Counted from the first letter of the stretch, positions 1 to 11,700 are shown. The stretch is DNA of 64,000 nt from Octopus sinensis (GCF_006345805.1 NC_043002.1:23994001-24058000), one strand, 5' to 3'. The notes: generated from the sequence alone by a model not told the origin. Numbers and translations: made by a program.

Positions 1-1250
1 TTAAGAATGAAATGTCTAATTTTGAACTGAAAGTTTATGTTACTTTATCTCAACAAAAAGCAATGCAGTTAATCAAATCATACACCTAAATTATCAACAC
101 AATTTTTCCAGTGAAGAATTCTGGAGAGCAAGAGGTAATGAAATCATGAAAGGCTGTTTTTGCATCTTCTTCAGATTTTAAGTTTTTACCTGGCAATATA
201 TTGTCCAATGCTTGGAAAACATGATAGTCAGCTGGTGCAAGGTCTGGTGAATATGGTGGATGACAGAGTAATTTCAAGTTCACTTCCTGTAACTAGAGTA
301 GTGTTCTTTGCGCAACATGTGGTCGAGCATTGTCTTGCAAGAGAATTGACCTGTCTCTATTTACCAATCTCAGTTGGTTAATTGCAAGTTCACTCATCAT
401 CTCATCCAGTGGTTGATGTATACATCTGCTGTAATTGACTTACCAGGTCTCATGAAGCTGTAGTGGATGACACCAGTGCTGGATCATCAAACAGACACCA
501 TTAGCTTTTTTCGGTGGATATTCTTTTTTGGATTGTATTTTGGCGCTTCGTCTCTATCCAACCACCATGCAGAACACTTGCTATTGTTGATTAGAATCCA
601 TTCTTCATCACATGTAACAATATGATGCAAAAATGGTTCGCTTTTATGCCGTGACAGCAAAGAACAGCAAGTTTCAAGACGACGTGTCATTTGATACTCA
701 CCCTGTTCATGTGGTACCCACTTGTCCAGCTTCGTTACCTTGCTAATTTGTTTCAGATGGTCCAATACAGTTGGAATGGAACTATCAAACCTTGCTGTTA
801 ACTCACACGTAGTCTGACATGTATGTGCTTCCAATACAGTTTCCAGCTCATCATTATCCACCTTGGTTTCAGGTTTACCTCAGGGCTGATTTTCAAGAGT
901 AAAGTCACCAGACTGGAACTTCTCAAGCCATCCATGTACAGTGTGCTCATTCGTCACATCTTCACCAAACACCTCACTGATGTTTCAAGCTGTCTGGGAT
1001 GCATTGGTTCCATGGCAGAACTCGTATTCATAAACAACATGAATTTTTGATCTATCCATGGGTTCACAAAAATTGATTTACAAGAGAAAATTCACAATAT
1101 AATCAGACACCATGAACTGCATTTTGAAAAGTGATGATGTAACTCTTCAATGTCGTAAAACAAAGAATTGAAAAGATAAAACATTAGTGTTAACAACTGT
1201 CAAACTTGGTACATAAGAAAATCGGACATTTCATTCTTAACGACCTGATA
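1..1250 (-). mobile_element. Mariner DNA transposon, about 1.26 kb, decayed; left terminal inverted repeat (TIR) truncated by the window edge
   Basis: Bases 1-22 (ttaagaatgaaatgtctaattt) match the reverse complement of 1218-1240. The right TIR ends ...cgacctgata followed by TA. Transposase remnants lie between the TIRs. Confidence 0.93.
86..1059 (-). pseudogene. Mariner transposase pseudogene (Hsmar1/cecropia-like)
   Basis: Starts MDRSKIHVVYEYEF at 1059. Motifs KLDKWVPHE, IVTCDEEW and HPPYSPDLAPADY are present. In-frame TGA stops and frameshifts interrupt it. Confidence 0.92.
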
Positions 1251-1406
1251 TAAATACGAAAGTAAAGGTACAAAAATGTGTTTTCACATAAATGCTTTCA
1301 TGAAATAGTTTTACTGTAAAAATATTTCAGTTCTATATTTAAGAGGTGAGGAATTATGTACATTGTTTACATTTGACGGATATTTGTCTTCATCTTGTTT
1401 GTTGTT

Positions 1407-1452
1407 AACACAACATTTCAGCTGATATACCCTCCCACCTTCATCAGGTATC
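1407..1452 (-). ncRNA. Minimal type I hammerhead ribozyme motif (family 1, decayed)
   Basis: Minus strand reads GAUAC-CUGAUGA-A-GGUGGGAGGGUAUAUCAGCU-GAAA-UGUU-GUGUU. Stem I is GAUAC/GUGUU. The inverted copy at 6353-6393 has stem II GGCUG/CAGCU and GAAACAUU, so the ancestor was probably GAAACGUU. Confidence 0.75.
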
Positions 1453-1516
1453 TTAGGGAAATTTCAAACCTGGGTTCTCATTCCTAAGGTAATTTTCAAT
1501 ATTATTATTATTATTA

Positions 1517-4500
1517 TTTTTTTTTTTTCTTCTTTCAAATTTGCTTCCATTTCTTGCCGAGTGTCTTCCCGACTCCTAGGGCAAAGAAACTCATAGTATA
1601 CATTGGTAGGCCATTAAACTAAACTCAATAGTTCGTTCATTTAGAAAATTTTTTTTTTTTAAAGTTAAATTAAAATACATGGGTAGTAATAGTTCTCACA
1701 TTGACAATGCTCTTCTCAATACGTGTGATGTACCAGTTAAGACAATCTTTTGCACTTCTTGCAGGGATGGTAAGCCAGGGATCATTCTCATATAATTTTC
1801 GGTTTCCTTCTTGATCATTCCTAGTGCTCCTACAATCACTGGTATTGTAACCGCCTTGAGATGCCACATTTTCTCAATTTCAATGAGCAGGTCTTTATAT
1901 TTTCTGAGCTTGTCAAACTCTTTCGCCGAGATATTATGATCACAGGGGATGCTCATGTCGATCAATAAACAAACTTTATTGTTTTGGTTTTTCACAACAA
2001 TATCTGGTTTATTGGCTTTGATGGTTCGGTCTGTATGTACTGGAAAGTTCCACAGAATCGTTACATTTTCTCCTTCAGTTACAGCTTCAGGGTGGTGATT
2101 ATACCACTTGTCGGCAGTTTTGATATTGTAATGCCGACTTATTAGCCAGTGTAGATATTGGCCAACTCTGTCATATCTTAATTTATACTCCACTGGTGCT
2201 AAGACTTTACATCCAGAGATTAGGTAGTCCACTGTTTCAATCATGTCGTTGCAGAATCGGCATTTTGGGTCTGCTCCAGTTTTCATCACATTGGCCTGGT
2301 AGTTCCGGGTTAATAGGCTTTGATCTTGAGCAGCCAGGATGAAACCTTCGCTCTCTGCTTTTAGCCCTGAGCTCCGTAGCCACTGATGGGTTTGCTTCTG
2401 GTCAACATCAGCTTGTTTGCTGCGGGCCACATATTTGCCGTGCAGAGGTTTCTCCTCCCACCTATCAGCCAATTGCTCGTGCGCTTTTTTCGTTGCCATT
2501 ATTTTCACCTTCTTTGCAACAATAGTTGCCGTACTTCCCTCGGGTTGTTCAGTTTGGGTATCCTGCACGAGATCAATAGCAAATTTTTTGCTTTCCTTTA
2601 TGATAGAATGAAGCTTCTTTCATCTCTCGTGATTTTCCACGAGCTTTAGCATCCAGTCATTCATTATTTCAAGATATTTGGCCAGTCCAATTGTGGTTGT
2701 TTTGTAAGCTAGTTCAAATTGGATCAGGCCTCGACCTCCTTGGGCTCTGGGAAGGTAAAGGCGATCTACGTCTGCCTTTGGATGGTGCATCCTATTACAA
2801 CTCAGCAGCTTGCATATTTTCCTATCTATATTCTTTACTTCACTCATATTCAAGTTCAACACATTGTAGCTATAAGTAACAACTGGAACTGCTAAGGAAT
2901 TTATAGCTAACACCTTGTTACGTGCATTTAGTTCATATTTCAGGACTGCATGAACTCTCCTATAACATTCCTTCCTGATCTTCTCTTTCATGCTTGCATG
3001 CTGAATACCAGAGCCTTCATTTATCCCTAAATATTTGTATGTTTGTTCTTGCTCAAGCTCTCTTATGACTGTGTTAACATCTAACACGACTGAATTTGTG
3101 GTCTTCACTTTCCCTTTGTGGAAAGTGGCCTTGGCACACTTCTCAAGCCCAAACTCCATCCCGATGTCATCGCTGAATGCTTTCACAGTGTGCAATAGGC
3201 CTTCAAGTTCATTATCGTCTTTACCATAGAGTTTTAAGCCATCCATATAAAATAGATGGCTTATTTTTTTATTGGCAATTTTATACCCATACCCTGTTCT
3301 GTTTAATTCACTTGTAAGGGGTATTAGGGCTATGCAGAATATTAAAGGTGAAAGTGAGTCACCTTGAAAAATTCCACAGTTGATGTTTATATTTTCTGAG
3401 GCAAGTACTCCATTAGAGTGGTATAATTGTTGATTCGTATTCCACAACGACATATTGTGCTTCAGGAAGCTTGAAATCACAGGGGAAATTTTGAAGATGT
3501 CCAGCGATCTCAAGATCCATGGATGCGGTATACTGTCGAAGGCCTTTTATAGTCAATCCATGCGGAGCTGAGATTTCTGCGCTTGTGACATTTCTCAAGG
3601 ATCATACGATTAATTAGCAGTTGATCTTTGCATCCGTATGAGCCTCGGTGGCACCCTTTTTGTTCAATGGGGAAAATATCGTTCTTCTCCATGAATGCAT
3701 ATGTTTTCTCCGCCAGGATAGATGTTAGGATTTTATATGTGGTGGATAGACAGGTTATTGGCCGATAGTTTTTTGGAAGATTGGTTTCGTTATTCTTTGG
3801 GAGTAGGTAAGTAATACCACTTGCTAACCATTCAGGTGTTTTCTTTGGGTCTCTCATAATTCCATTGAGCAGCTGAACTAGCTTACTGTGTGCACATGGG
3901 AGCGATGCGAGCCAGAAATTTCGGCACCCTATCTTTACCGGGGGATTTCCAATTATGGGCCTTCATGAGTGCCTTTCTTAGGTCTGCTATTGTGATGTCT
4001 TCCCATGCTTGTTGTTGTAAATTTTGGTAGGATCCTTCGGTTTGTATAATCCAGTTTGCATTTGTGTTGTACGTCTTCTTGTCACTCCAAATCCTTTTCC
4101 AAAAGTTTTGAACTTCTTCCATGGGAGGGGGGTCTTTAATGGTTACTTTCTCCTTCCCTATTTCTCTGTAGAATTTTTTGGCATTGGATGTGAACAGCTT
4201 GTTTTGCTTGTAAAACTTGTTTCTCTTCTCAAATCTTCGTATTCCTTGAGCTTTTGCTTGGAATTTTTGTTTCAGCGTTTCTTTTATTGATATCAGTTCT
4301 TCTCTTGGTGAGGATCCAAATTTTCTCTTCATCTTTCTTCCTGTTCTGGATCTTACATCATTTCCACATATTAAGTTCATTTAATATTGATATTTCCCCT
4401 CTCATAAATTCAATCTCTTTTTCAATTTTACTTCTCCAGGTTTGATTTCTTCCCAGGTTTGGTTTTCTTTGTTTTTTGGGGGGCATACAGCTGGTTTCAA

Positions 4501-6247
4501 TTGCCCTAGCAGAAGCGTAAATAATTTCATTTAACTCAGTAAAATCAGGTTTTAATTCTTGTATTATTTCATTTGTTACATAGTTGCCAATTTGGATTTG
4601 TTTTTTATTTTGGTTTGTATTTGAGAGTTTATGAAGTGGTTCTCTATCATTCATACTTGTATGTCTTACAACTTCAAGCGTATTCAGGATTTTCTGCCTC
4701 ATTTCTGCCATAGACTCTCTGTGTTCTTCAGCAAATGCGAGATCTTCAGTTACTGTTGTTTTATCATTCTCCTGGCTATCTTTAACAGGTCCAATAGAAT
4801 TTCTTGTATCTTCAGGCCTTTGCGTACTTTGGTCAGATGGCAGTCTTTCAATTAAGCATCTGATTCTTCATTTCCTTTGTGTCTTTATGTCATTTTCCGT
4901 TGCGTGCTTGATCGCACTTATTTCACTGTCTGTGAGTCTGTTATTTCTAAGGATATCCCTCCTCACATTTGCCAATTTGTTCTCGTCCAAATAGGGCCTA
5001 CTGTCTTGATTCCGTGTTCTCCATATACTGTAAGAGTTTGCGGTGTGTCTCTCTTGAGATGGCCTACCTAATGCATAGTAATAAGTGTATATTACTTCTT
5101 TATACTCTTCTAGGGTCTATTTGTTCCGCTTACATTTTTCTTTCTGTGGTGGTTGTGGTGGTGAACTTGGAGGGCTCGAGTTGGGGAATTTCCCGTTCAA
5201 GTGACCATCCATGTCCGTATTTGGAGAAGAGTTTGTGCCAGTTGATGACTTTTCGATCCCAGGCTGGCTCTTCCCTGGGGGACGTGCTTCCAGATTAACC
5301 ATAGGACAAGCGATTTGGTATACTGATTTAGTTTTCCTTTTAGTTTCCAAAAACATTTTGGTGCTACGGTAATGTTATCATTTTTGAGCTTTGATTGGCT
5401 CGTGGGGAGACAGTGTCTGTCTGTCTCATTGGCTGGCTGGGTGGTTGGCTGGCTGACTGTCTTCCAAGCCAGAATTCTTGCCTGTCAAATAATACTTTCA
5501 TATTTGGTTAACATCTAAAGAAGGTTTGTGTTGGCTGAACTCTGTGAGTGTGTGTGTGTGTGTAGATAGATAGATAGATAGATTATCAGCACTATTACTA
5601 TCATTATTATCATCATCACCATCAGTGATATTTTAATTTTTTTATTTTTAGGTGGGGTCCTGGTAAAAAAAAGTTCAAATGTCTGCTACTACTAGCCTTA
5701 AGAAAAATTCAGGAAGGGCTGTTCTGTATTGTTTGTGAATAGAGAAGTTGTGTTCCACCAGAGAGAATCTTAGCATCATTATTTTTTTTTTTCCATGTGT
5801 GTTTGTGTTATTGCAATAAAAAGTGTTTGTATATTTCATGTAAGGTAATATTGTGGAGGTTGAAGTTGACTTTTCTAGAGATGTTTGTATGTCCAGTTAG
5901 AAGAACAGGTGTGTTTTTGCAATAAAAAGTATATGTTTACATTTATATTTGAATATTCAGGGAGGAAGCAAAGAAAAGTCAGATTTTCATAGAAAGTTTT
6001 AAGGTTTTGTAAGTCCACAAAAAGAAAAGCGTGATGTTTTTAGAGAGAAGAAAAAGAAAAAGGATGTTTACAGAGGCAGTTGTGTGTATTAAAGTTTTTA
6101 AAGCTGATTGGATGTATGTTTGAAAACTGTAAATATGTAAATTTGTAAATTTCTTAACTTATTTTGAAGAGAATTTTAAATACTCACAAGATATTGTAGA
6201 TGTTCCAATCTTTAAGAGTTATTTTTCCCCGTTGCTAAACTGGGTCA
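1517..6247 (-). mobile_element. Near full-length R4/Dong-clade non-LTR retrotransposon (RT plus restriction-like endonuclease)
   Basis: Flanked on both sides by (TTA)n, with a poly(A) remnant at 1517-1528. Encodes RT, a CxxC zinc knuckle and a C-terminal PD..D..K nuclease, with no APE domain. Confidence 0.88.
1696..5302 (-). pseudogene. Fragmented single ORF of the R4/Dong element
   Basis: ORF pieces carry KSPGKD, NYRPITCL, EQKG, GIFQGDSLSPLIF, HLFYMDGLKLY (YMDD changed to YMDG), YKYLG, CRFC..ETVDYLISGC, KPDIVV, LLIDMSIP and KLRKY. Several frameshifts and stops. Confidence 0.9.
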
Positions 6248-6277
<30 letters not shown>

Positions 6278-6282
<5 letters not shown>

Positions 6283-6353
6283 TCACTGCCTGGAATCGAA
6301 CTTGGAATCTTGGGGTTAGTAGCCCACGCTCTTAACCACTATGCCATATGCCC
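6278..6353 (-). promoter_or_regulatory. tRNA-derived Pol III head of the HHR-SINE
   Basis: Minus strand GGGCATA-TGGCATAGTGG (A box)...GTTCGATTCC (B box). It has an anticodon-like arm GGG-CTACTAA-CCC but no proper acceptor stem. Confidence 0.8.
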
Positions 6354-6590
6354 TAATGAAGGCTGGAGGGTATATCAGCTGAAACATTGTGTTAACAACA
6401 AACAAGATGAGGACAAATATCTGTCAAATGTAAATAATATAAAAATATTTGTTTATGTTTTCACAAGGTGAGTTTTACACTCAAAAGAAAAGAGAGAAAA
6501 TCACACATTATTGAAAAGTTTTTGTGCAAAAAGGAACTGTTCCATATTTTCTTTCTTATTTATTTATTTATTTATATTATTTTTTTTTTC

Positions 6591-6686
6591 TTAGCTACAA
6601 CATGCACTAAAATATATTCAGTAATCCTTTTTTTGTATAAGGAAAAAACAGATTTCTGAATAAATTTTTGTGTATGTTGTAGCCAA
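6591..6686. repeat. Imperfect hairpin within a probable DNA-transposon remnant that hosts the HHR-SINE
   Basis: ttagctacaacatgcactaaaatatattcag pairs with ctgaataaatttttgtgtatgttgtagccaa. Confidence 0.55.
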
Positions 6687-6819
6687 AAAAAAAAGGTTGC
6701 TATAGAAGAAAATCTTATTTTACTGACTTGGATCAGTTTTTGTTGTTGTTCAGCTTATTGAAGTTTAAAATAGATTTTTTCAATACATTTTTAGACTATG
6801 TCATATATACAAATAATAA

Positions 6820-7030
6820 TCCTTTCTACTACAGGTACAAGGCCTGAAATGTGAGGTAGGGGGTCCAGTCAATTACATCGACCCCAGTGTTTCACTCATA
6901 CTTAATTTATCAACCCAGAAAGATGAAAGGTAAAGTCACCTTTGGTGGAATTTGAACACAGAATGTAGCAACAGGGTGAAATACCACTAAGCATTTTGTC
7001 CAGCATGCTAATAATTTTGCCAGCTTACTT
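6820..7030 (-). mobile_element. tRNA-derived SINE family A
   Basis: Reverse complement of the ggcggcgagctggcagaa...gagttcaaattcc...cctttcatcctttcggggtcgataaa repeat seen many times in the window. Confidence 0.8.
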
Positions 7031-7054
7031 ATAATATACTTATAATAATAACAA

Positions 7055-8760
7055 TGATAATAATGAATTTATTGTACACAGTGCTCAGTTGCACTATAGC
7101 TCATTAGAAAAAGTAGCCAAAAAAGTGCATGTGCTTTAGGCTACCTTGAAGTGCATAGAGTAATGCACAAAAAGACAGGAAAAGTTAACAATGAATGAGT
7201 CATTAAAAAAAGGAGGATCAGATGTAGTGTTGGAGAATTTCAAGAAGCATAGAAGTTTTGAAGGATGTAGTGCCCCCGACAGCTATTAACTGATGCAGGT
7301 AATTTATTCCATGCTTCAGCACTTCTGAGAATGAATAAAAGTCATGGGTGCTGTGCTGGTTTCTGATTTTGTAAGGATGTCCATGTGAGTTTGACACATG
7401 CCAAGATTATTGCTTGAAGTGCATAGATGCTAGATGTTGGAGCTTTAATGTGTCCATGCATTGGGAAGCAAGATGTTTAGAGTGTGATAGATGCGTGTTG
7501 GGTATTCATCTGGCGTGTTTCTGAACAGATTGATATTCTGAGTAAGATAAAGTGCGGATATACCACAGCCATATACTGCTTTAAATAGCTAGCTGGAAAG
7601 CAACTGACAAAGGTCTTACTGAGTGATGCTAAGACATTCATAGGCTTCTTGACAATTTTAGAAATATGGTTTGTCCAATGTAAATTGCTGTTGACAATAA
7701 TGCCCAGATCACGTTCACTAGTTATCAAGACTGGTGTTGTGGTGGGAGTATGTGAAAACTGGATTTTTCCTCCCAAAATGTATGGTAGTGCACTTGTCAA
7801 CAGCCAGCTTGAGTTTCCTTGTCATTAATCCATTGCTGCATTGTGTCTAAATCTGATTACAGGAAATATCTATAGTGTATAGGATCTGTTCTTTTTATCT
7901 CAAGGTACAGCTTGATGTCATCAGTTTATTTCAACATTATAGCTACCTTAAAACTGACATCTATATCCTTAATATACATAACAAACAACAGAGGTTGAAG
8001 AACAGATTCCTGTGGTACACCAGATGTCATCTCATATGGTGCAGAACGTTCTCCTAGAATCATGACTAACTCTTTTAAACTTAGAATGAAGGACTTCAAC
8101 CAGTTATAAAGGTAATTTCTCGCAACCATTTCAAAGAATTTTGCCGTAAGTCGTTTGTGTGGTGCACAATTAAAGTCAGTGATTCAGGTGATGTCTTCAA
8201 AAAACTCAATAAGTTGACCATAACAGCTGAAGTTAGAGATATATCCAAATTCTGAGGATGCAATAAGGCTGTGAGAGTTCCAACAAGTTCCAAAGTGTTT
8301 CTCTAATACTGGAAGCCATCATTTTGGCAATGCAGCAAGACTGACTGGACTAGACAGTAATTGACAGTTGACATGTGACACCCTTTTTGAATAGGGGAAT
8401 GATGTTAGCAATTTTCTACTGCCCTGGAGTAACACAGTCATTCCAGAATTGGAAGAATGAAGGCTGGTGTAGAAGAAAGAGCCTGTCACATTTGAGAGTC
8501 ATCACCATTAAGACCAGAAGAGGCATAGTTGTACTTATTCTTGAGATGGCATTGCAACATTGCAGGTGTAAATTCCACAGTTGTTATAGAAATTGATGTC
8601 AGAGGTGGTGAAGGTGATACATTGGGATTTTCGACAGTAAAAATGCCAGCATAGCATTAGCAATGAGTTCAGCGCGTTCTTTGGGATCATCAGTAATCCA
8701 GCCTGTGTGGGGATTGCAAAGAGGGCTGTTTTCATGGATGCAGCTCTGATGATGTCTAAA
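7055..8760 (-). mobile_element. Decayed CR1/L2-like LINE fragment
   Basis: ORF remnants SGVPQESVLQPLLFVMYIKDI and ERDLGIIVNSNLHWTNHISKIV. A (TAA)-like tail lies near 7045-7065. Confidence 0.8.
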
Positions 8761-8960
8761 AGCTGTGTGTTTTGATGGTAATTTTGGAGGATGGTAAATG
8801 ACTCAAATAGAAGTGTTGACTTGCTCATACATATATCACAGAAAAATACCTGTTGTAATTTATTCAAATCATCACAAGAAACTGTTGAAAAGTTTGAATA
8901 AATGTAGACCATCACATCACTCCCATGAAGATTAATTAGTCTTTGTAAAACAAGTTGTAA

Positions 8961-8972
8961 ATATATATATAT

Positions 8973-9040
<68 letters not shown>

Positions 9041-9047
9041 ATATGAA

Positions 9048-9093
<46 letters not shown>

Positions 9094-9189
9094 TATATAT
9101 ATATCGGTATATATGTGTGTGTGTATATGTATATATATATAGGTATATATATATATATATATATATAGGTATATATATATCGGTATATA

Positions 9190-9230
<41 letters not shown>
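8961..9230. repeat. Compound (TA)n/(TG)n microsatellite
   Basis: Seen directly. Similar tracts occur at 11712-11797, 18180-18850, 33585-33670 and 43845-43880. Confidence 0.95.
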
Positions 9231-9232
<2 letters not shown>

Positions 9233-9602
9233 GCACAGGCATGCCTGTGTAATTAGAAGCTTGCTTACCAACCACATGGTTCCAAGTTCAGTCCCACTGC
9301 ATGGCACCTTGGGCAAGTGTCTTCTATTATAGCCTTGGGCCAACCAAAGCCTTGTGAGTGGATTTGGTAGATGGAAACTGAAGAAGACCATAGTATATAT
9401 GTGTGTGTGTGTGTGTTTGTTACCCCCACCATCGCCTGATAACTGATGTTGGTATGTTTACGTCCCTGTAACTTAGTGGTTCAGCAGAAGATATCAATAG
9501 AATAAGTACTAGGTTTAGTCTTGGTGCCAATTTGTTCAACTAAAGGCAGTGCTCCAGCACAGCCGCATTCAAATGACTGAAACAAATAAAAGAATAAAAG
9601 AA
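9231..9602 (+). mobile_element. CORE-type tRNA SINE family B (octopus OR-like)
   Basis: tRNA-like head, caccttgggcaagtgtctt CORE-like motif and tail gactgaaacaaataaaagaataaaag. Matches the copy at 44791. Confidence 0.8.
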
Positions 9603-9802
9603 TATATATATGTAAGTACACACACTCATGCACACACACTAATCATCATCATCATCATCATCGTTTAACGTCCGTTCTACGATGATGATGATGATGATTA
9701 GTGTGTGTGTGTGTGCATGAGTGTGTGTACTTACATATATATATTCTTTTATTCTTTTATTTGTTTCAGTCATTTGAATGCGGCTGTGCTGGAGCACCGC
9801 CT
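9544..9802. repeat. Near-perfect fold-back inverted duplication with arms of about 120 bp
   Basis: Arms 9544-9664 and 9679-9802 flank a 14-nt spacer. They differ by one substitution and by (CA)n length. Confidence 0.92.
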
Positions 9803-10693
9803 ATATAGAAGAATTGGTTTGGGGGTTGAAAATGCACCTGGCTCTTAAAAGAAGTAATTTTTAAAAAATTTATGAAAATACCATATCACTTTTAACATTT
9901 TATTTTGTTAGTTTTTTAAATGGTAAATAAAAAATGAAAATTAAAAAGAACAAGATGATAATAGTAAGAAGAAAAAAAACAGAATGCTCGCTCAGGAAAG
10001 GGAGGTTCTGCAGAAATGAAAACATGTTCAACAATTAATCTTCAATAGGTTTCCTAGCAAAATTACATGCTGAAAATTCAAGTATTCAGTAAGTTTCACA
10101 GCAATAGGAAATGATGGAAGTTTGAATGCTCAATGAATTTTATAACAAGGAAACCAGAAGGAAAGATCCATTAAAAGATGGTAGTGTTTAGGTAGCTGTT
10201 TATATTTGTTGTTGAAATTACAATGAAAAGAATTTTATTTTTGTTTATGATAGGAACCTGATAAATAAGTCCAAATGTCATAAAACAAATTTAAAAGTAG
10301 ATGGCAGAAATCATACCAGTAAACGAACATAATGGAGTGAAGAAAGAAAAAAAATTATCAAAAATAGTAGAATGAAATTAGTAAATAAGAGATGAAAGAA
10401 ATAATAAATAAATAACAAACATCATGGCTACTGAGTGGCAAAATGTTTGTTTCCTAGCTGCATAGTTTCAGGCACAGTCCTACTACATGGCACTTTGGGC
10501 AAGTGACTTCGATGACAGCCCCAAGTTGGCCAAAGGTTTGTGAGTGGATTTAGGAGACTAAACTATAAGAAACCTGTCATGTATTTATATATGCTTTAAA
10601 ATGTAGTTCTATCGATGTGCTGGTTAATCAATGCTTTTCTCCATTTTCTAATTATTTGCATTGGTTCCTGATAAACTTTTGTTTATCTTGTTG

Positions 10694-10740
10694 TTACTTT
10701 TTTGTGGGAAATCATTGTTCGATTTCCCACAAAAAAGTAA
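10694..10740. repeat. Perfect 20-bp hairpin with 7-nt loop
   Basis: ttacttttttgtgggaaatc-attgttc-gatttcccacaaaaaagtaa. Confidence 0.95.
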
Positions 10741-10778
10741 TTGGGAAAATTGAATATTTTCTTCTTTCTAGTGTGTTA

Positions 10779-11277
10779 TTAAAGGATATTAAGTTGCGGT
10801 TTATATTTTTTAATGAACATGCTGTCCTTATTCAATCAGAATTGGGTTGAAATATTTCTGGTGAATTGATAGAGAGGGAAGATTTGGTATTTTGGGTGTA
10901 TGTCTGTGGGACATTTATCTAGGTGTTTGCTTATGGGAATCTTCCTAGTCGTGGGGTCCCAGATTTGTTGCTTGCATACTGCCAGTCTGTCCCTCAAGGT
11001 CAAACTAGTTTGACTTTTGTAGTTTCCATCACACCCACCACATTTGAGGACATAGATTAAGTTCTTTAATGCACAGGTGAAGTGATTTTTTAATGGAAAA
11101 AGTTTGACCTGACTTAAATTTATGTGCTGAGCCCTCTAAGAAGTAGATGCAAGTCCTGCAGTTAGGGCACTTGCATTTTTTGACTAGTGGGGTTGTATTT
11201 TTGGTGGGTAATTTAGCACTGGTAAGTATCCTATTTAGGGTTCACAGTTGTCTTTTACTTTTAATAATTCTATGTTT
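10779..11277 (-). pseudogene. Penelope-like element C-terminus: zinc-knuckle linker plus GIY-YIG endonuclease, decayed
   Basis: Manual translation gives IIKSKRQL*TLNRILTSAKL..VKKCKCPNCRTC..(frameshift)..FTCALKNLIYVLKCGGCDGNYKSQTSLTLRDRL..ISKHLDKC..F*LNKDSMFIKKYKPQLNIL*. It is absent from the ORF track. Confidence 0.85.
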
Positions 11278-11379
11278 CCATTGCTTTTTTTACTGACAGG
11301 TCGTTCATAAGGAGGGGTATGTTTTGATGGATGATATTGTATACTTCCATGTGCTTCGGATTGTGTGTAGAAGAGCACT

Positions 11380-11700
11380 ATGAAAAATTGACAGAAAGCT
11401 AGGTGTTTGAGAATGATTCTAAGAATGTACTGGCGATACCACATAACCAACAAAGATGTTTTAAAGAAATCCAACTCAAGACACTGAGTGAAATCCTCAT
11501 AGAATGAAGATCGAAACTAGGAGGTCTTGTACTTCAATTACCAAAACAATGCCAGTCTAAAATAGCTTTCAAATGGTCACCACCCAATGAAAAACAGAAA
11601 GAGAGAAAACGATATCAGATGAACAGATGTAGAAAAAACTACAACCAACAGAAACCAGTGCCATCAACTTGCTACCTAATGTGCTTGAGAACACAGGAGG
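11380..11700 (+). mobile_element. RTE-like LINE 3' fragment
   Basis: CLRMILRMYWRYHITNKDVL...AFKWSPPNEK resembles the RTE post-RT region. Confidence 0.6.

Larger units (their letters stand above)
1328..6439 (-). mobile_element. tRNA-headed, hammerhead-tailed SINE-like retroelement, copy 1, split by a LINE inserted in its (TAA)n tract
   Basis: An 11-bp direct repeat taaaaatattt lies at 1317-1327 and 6440-6450. Segments 1328-1516 and 6248-6439 join to match the uninterrupted copy at 51909-52170. About 85-bp inverted arms lie at ~1357-1447 and 6353-6438. Confidence 0.85.

Noticed and set aside
6278-6353. Possible tRNA genes here and at 44313, 44791 and 52000-52070
   Set aside because: A and B boxes are present but there is no complete cloverleaf, and each continues into a SINE body.
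8535-9391. Long ORFs rich in YIYI/HTHT (also 11569-11820, 16279-16511, 62192-62504)
   Set aside because: These are translations of (TA)n/(CA)n microsatellites and SINEs.
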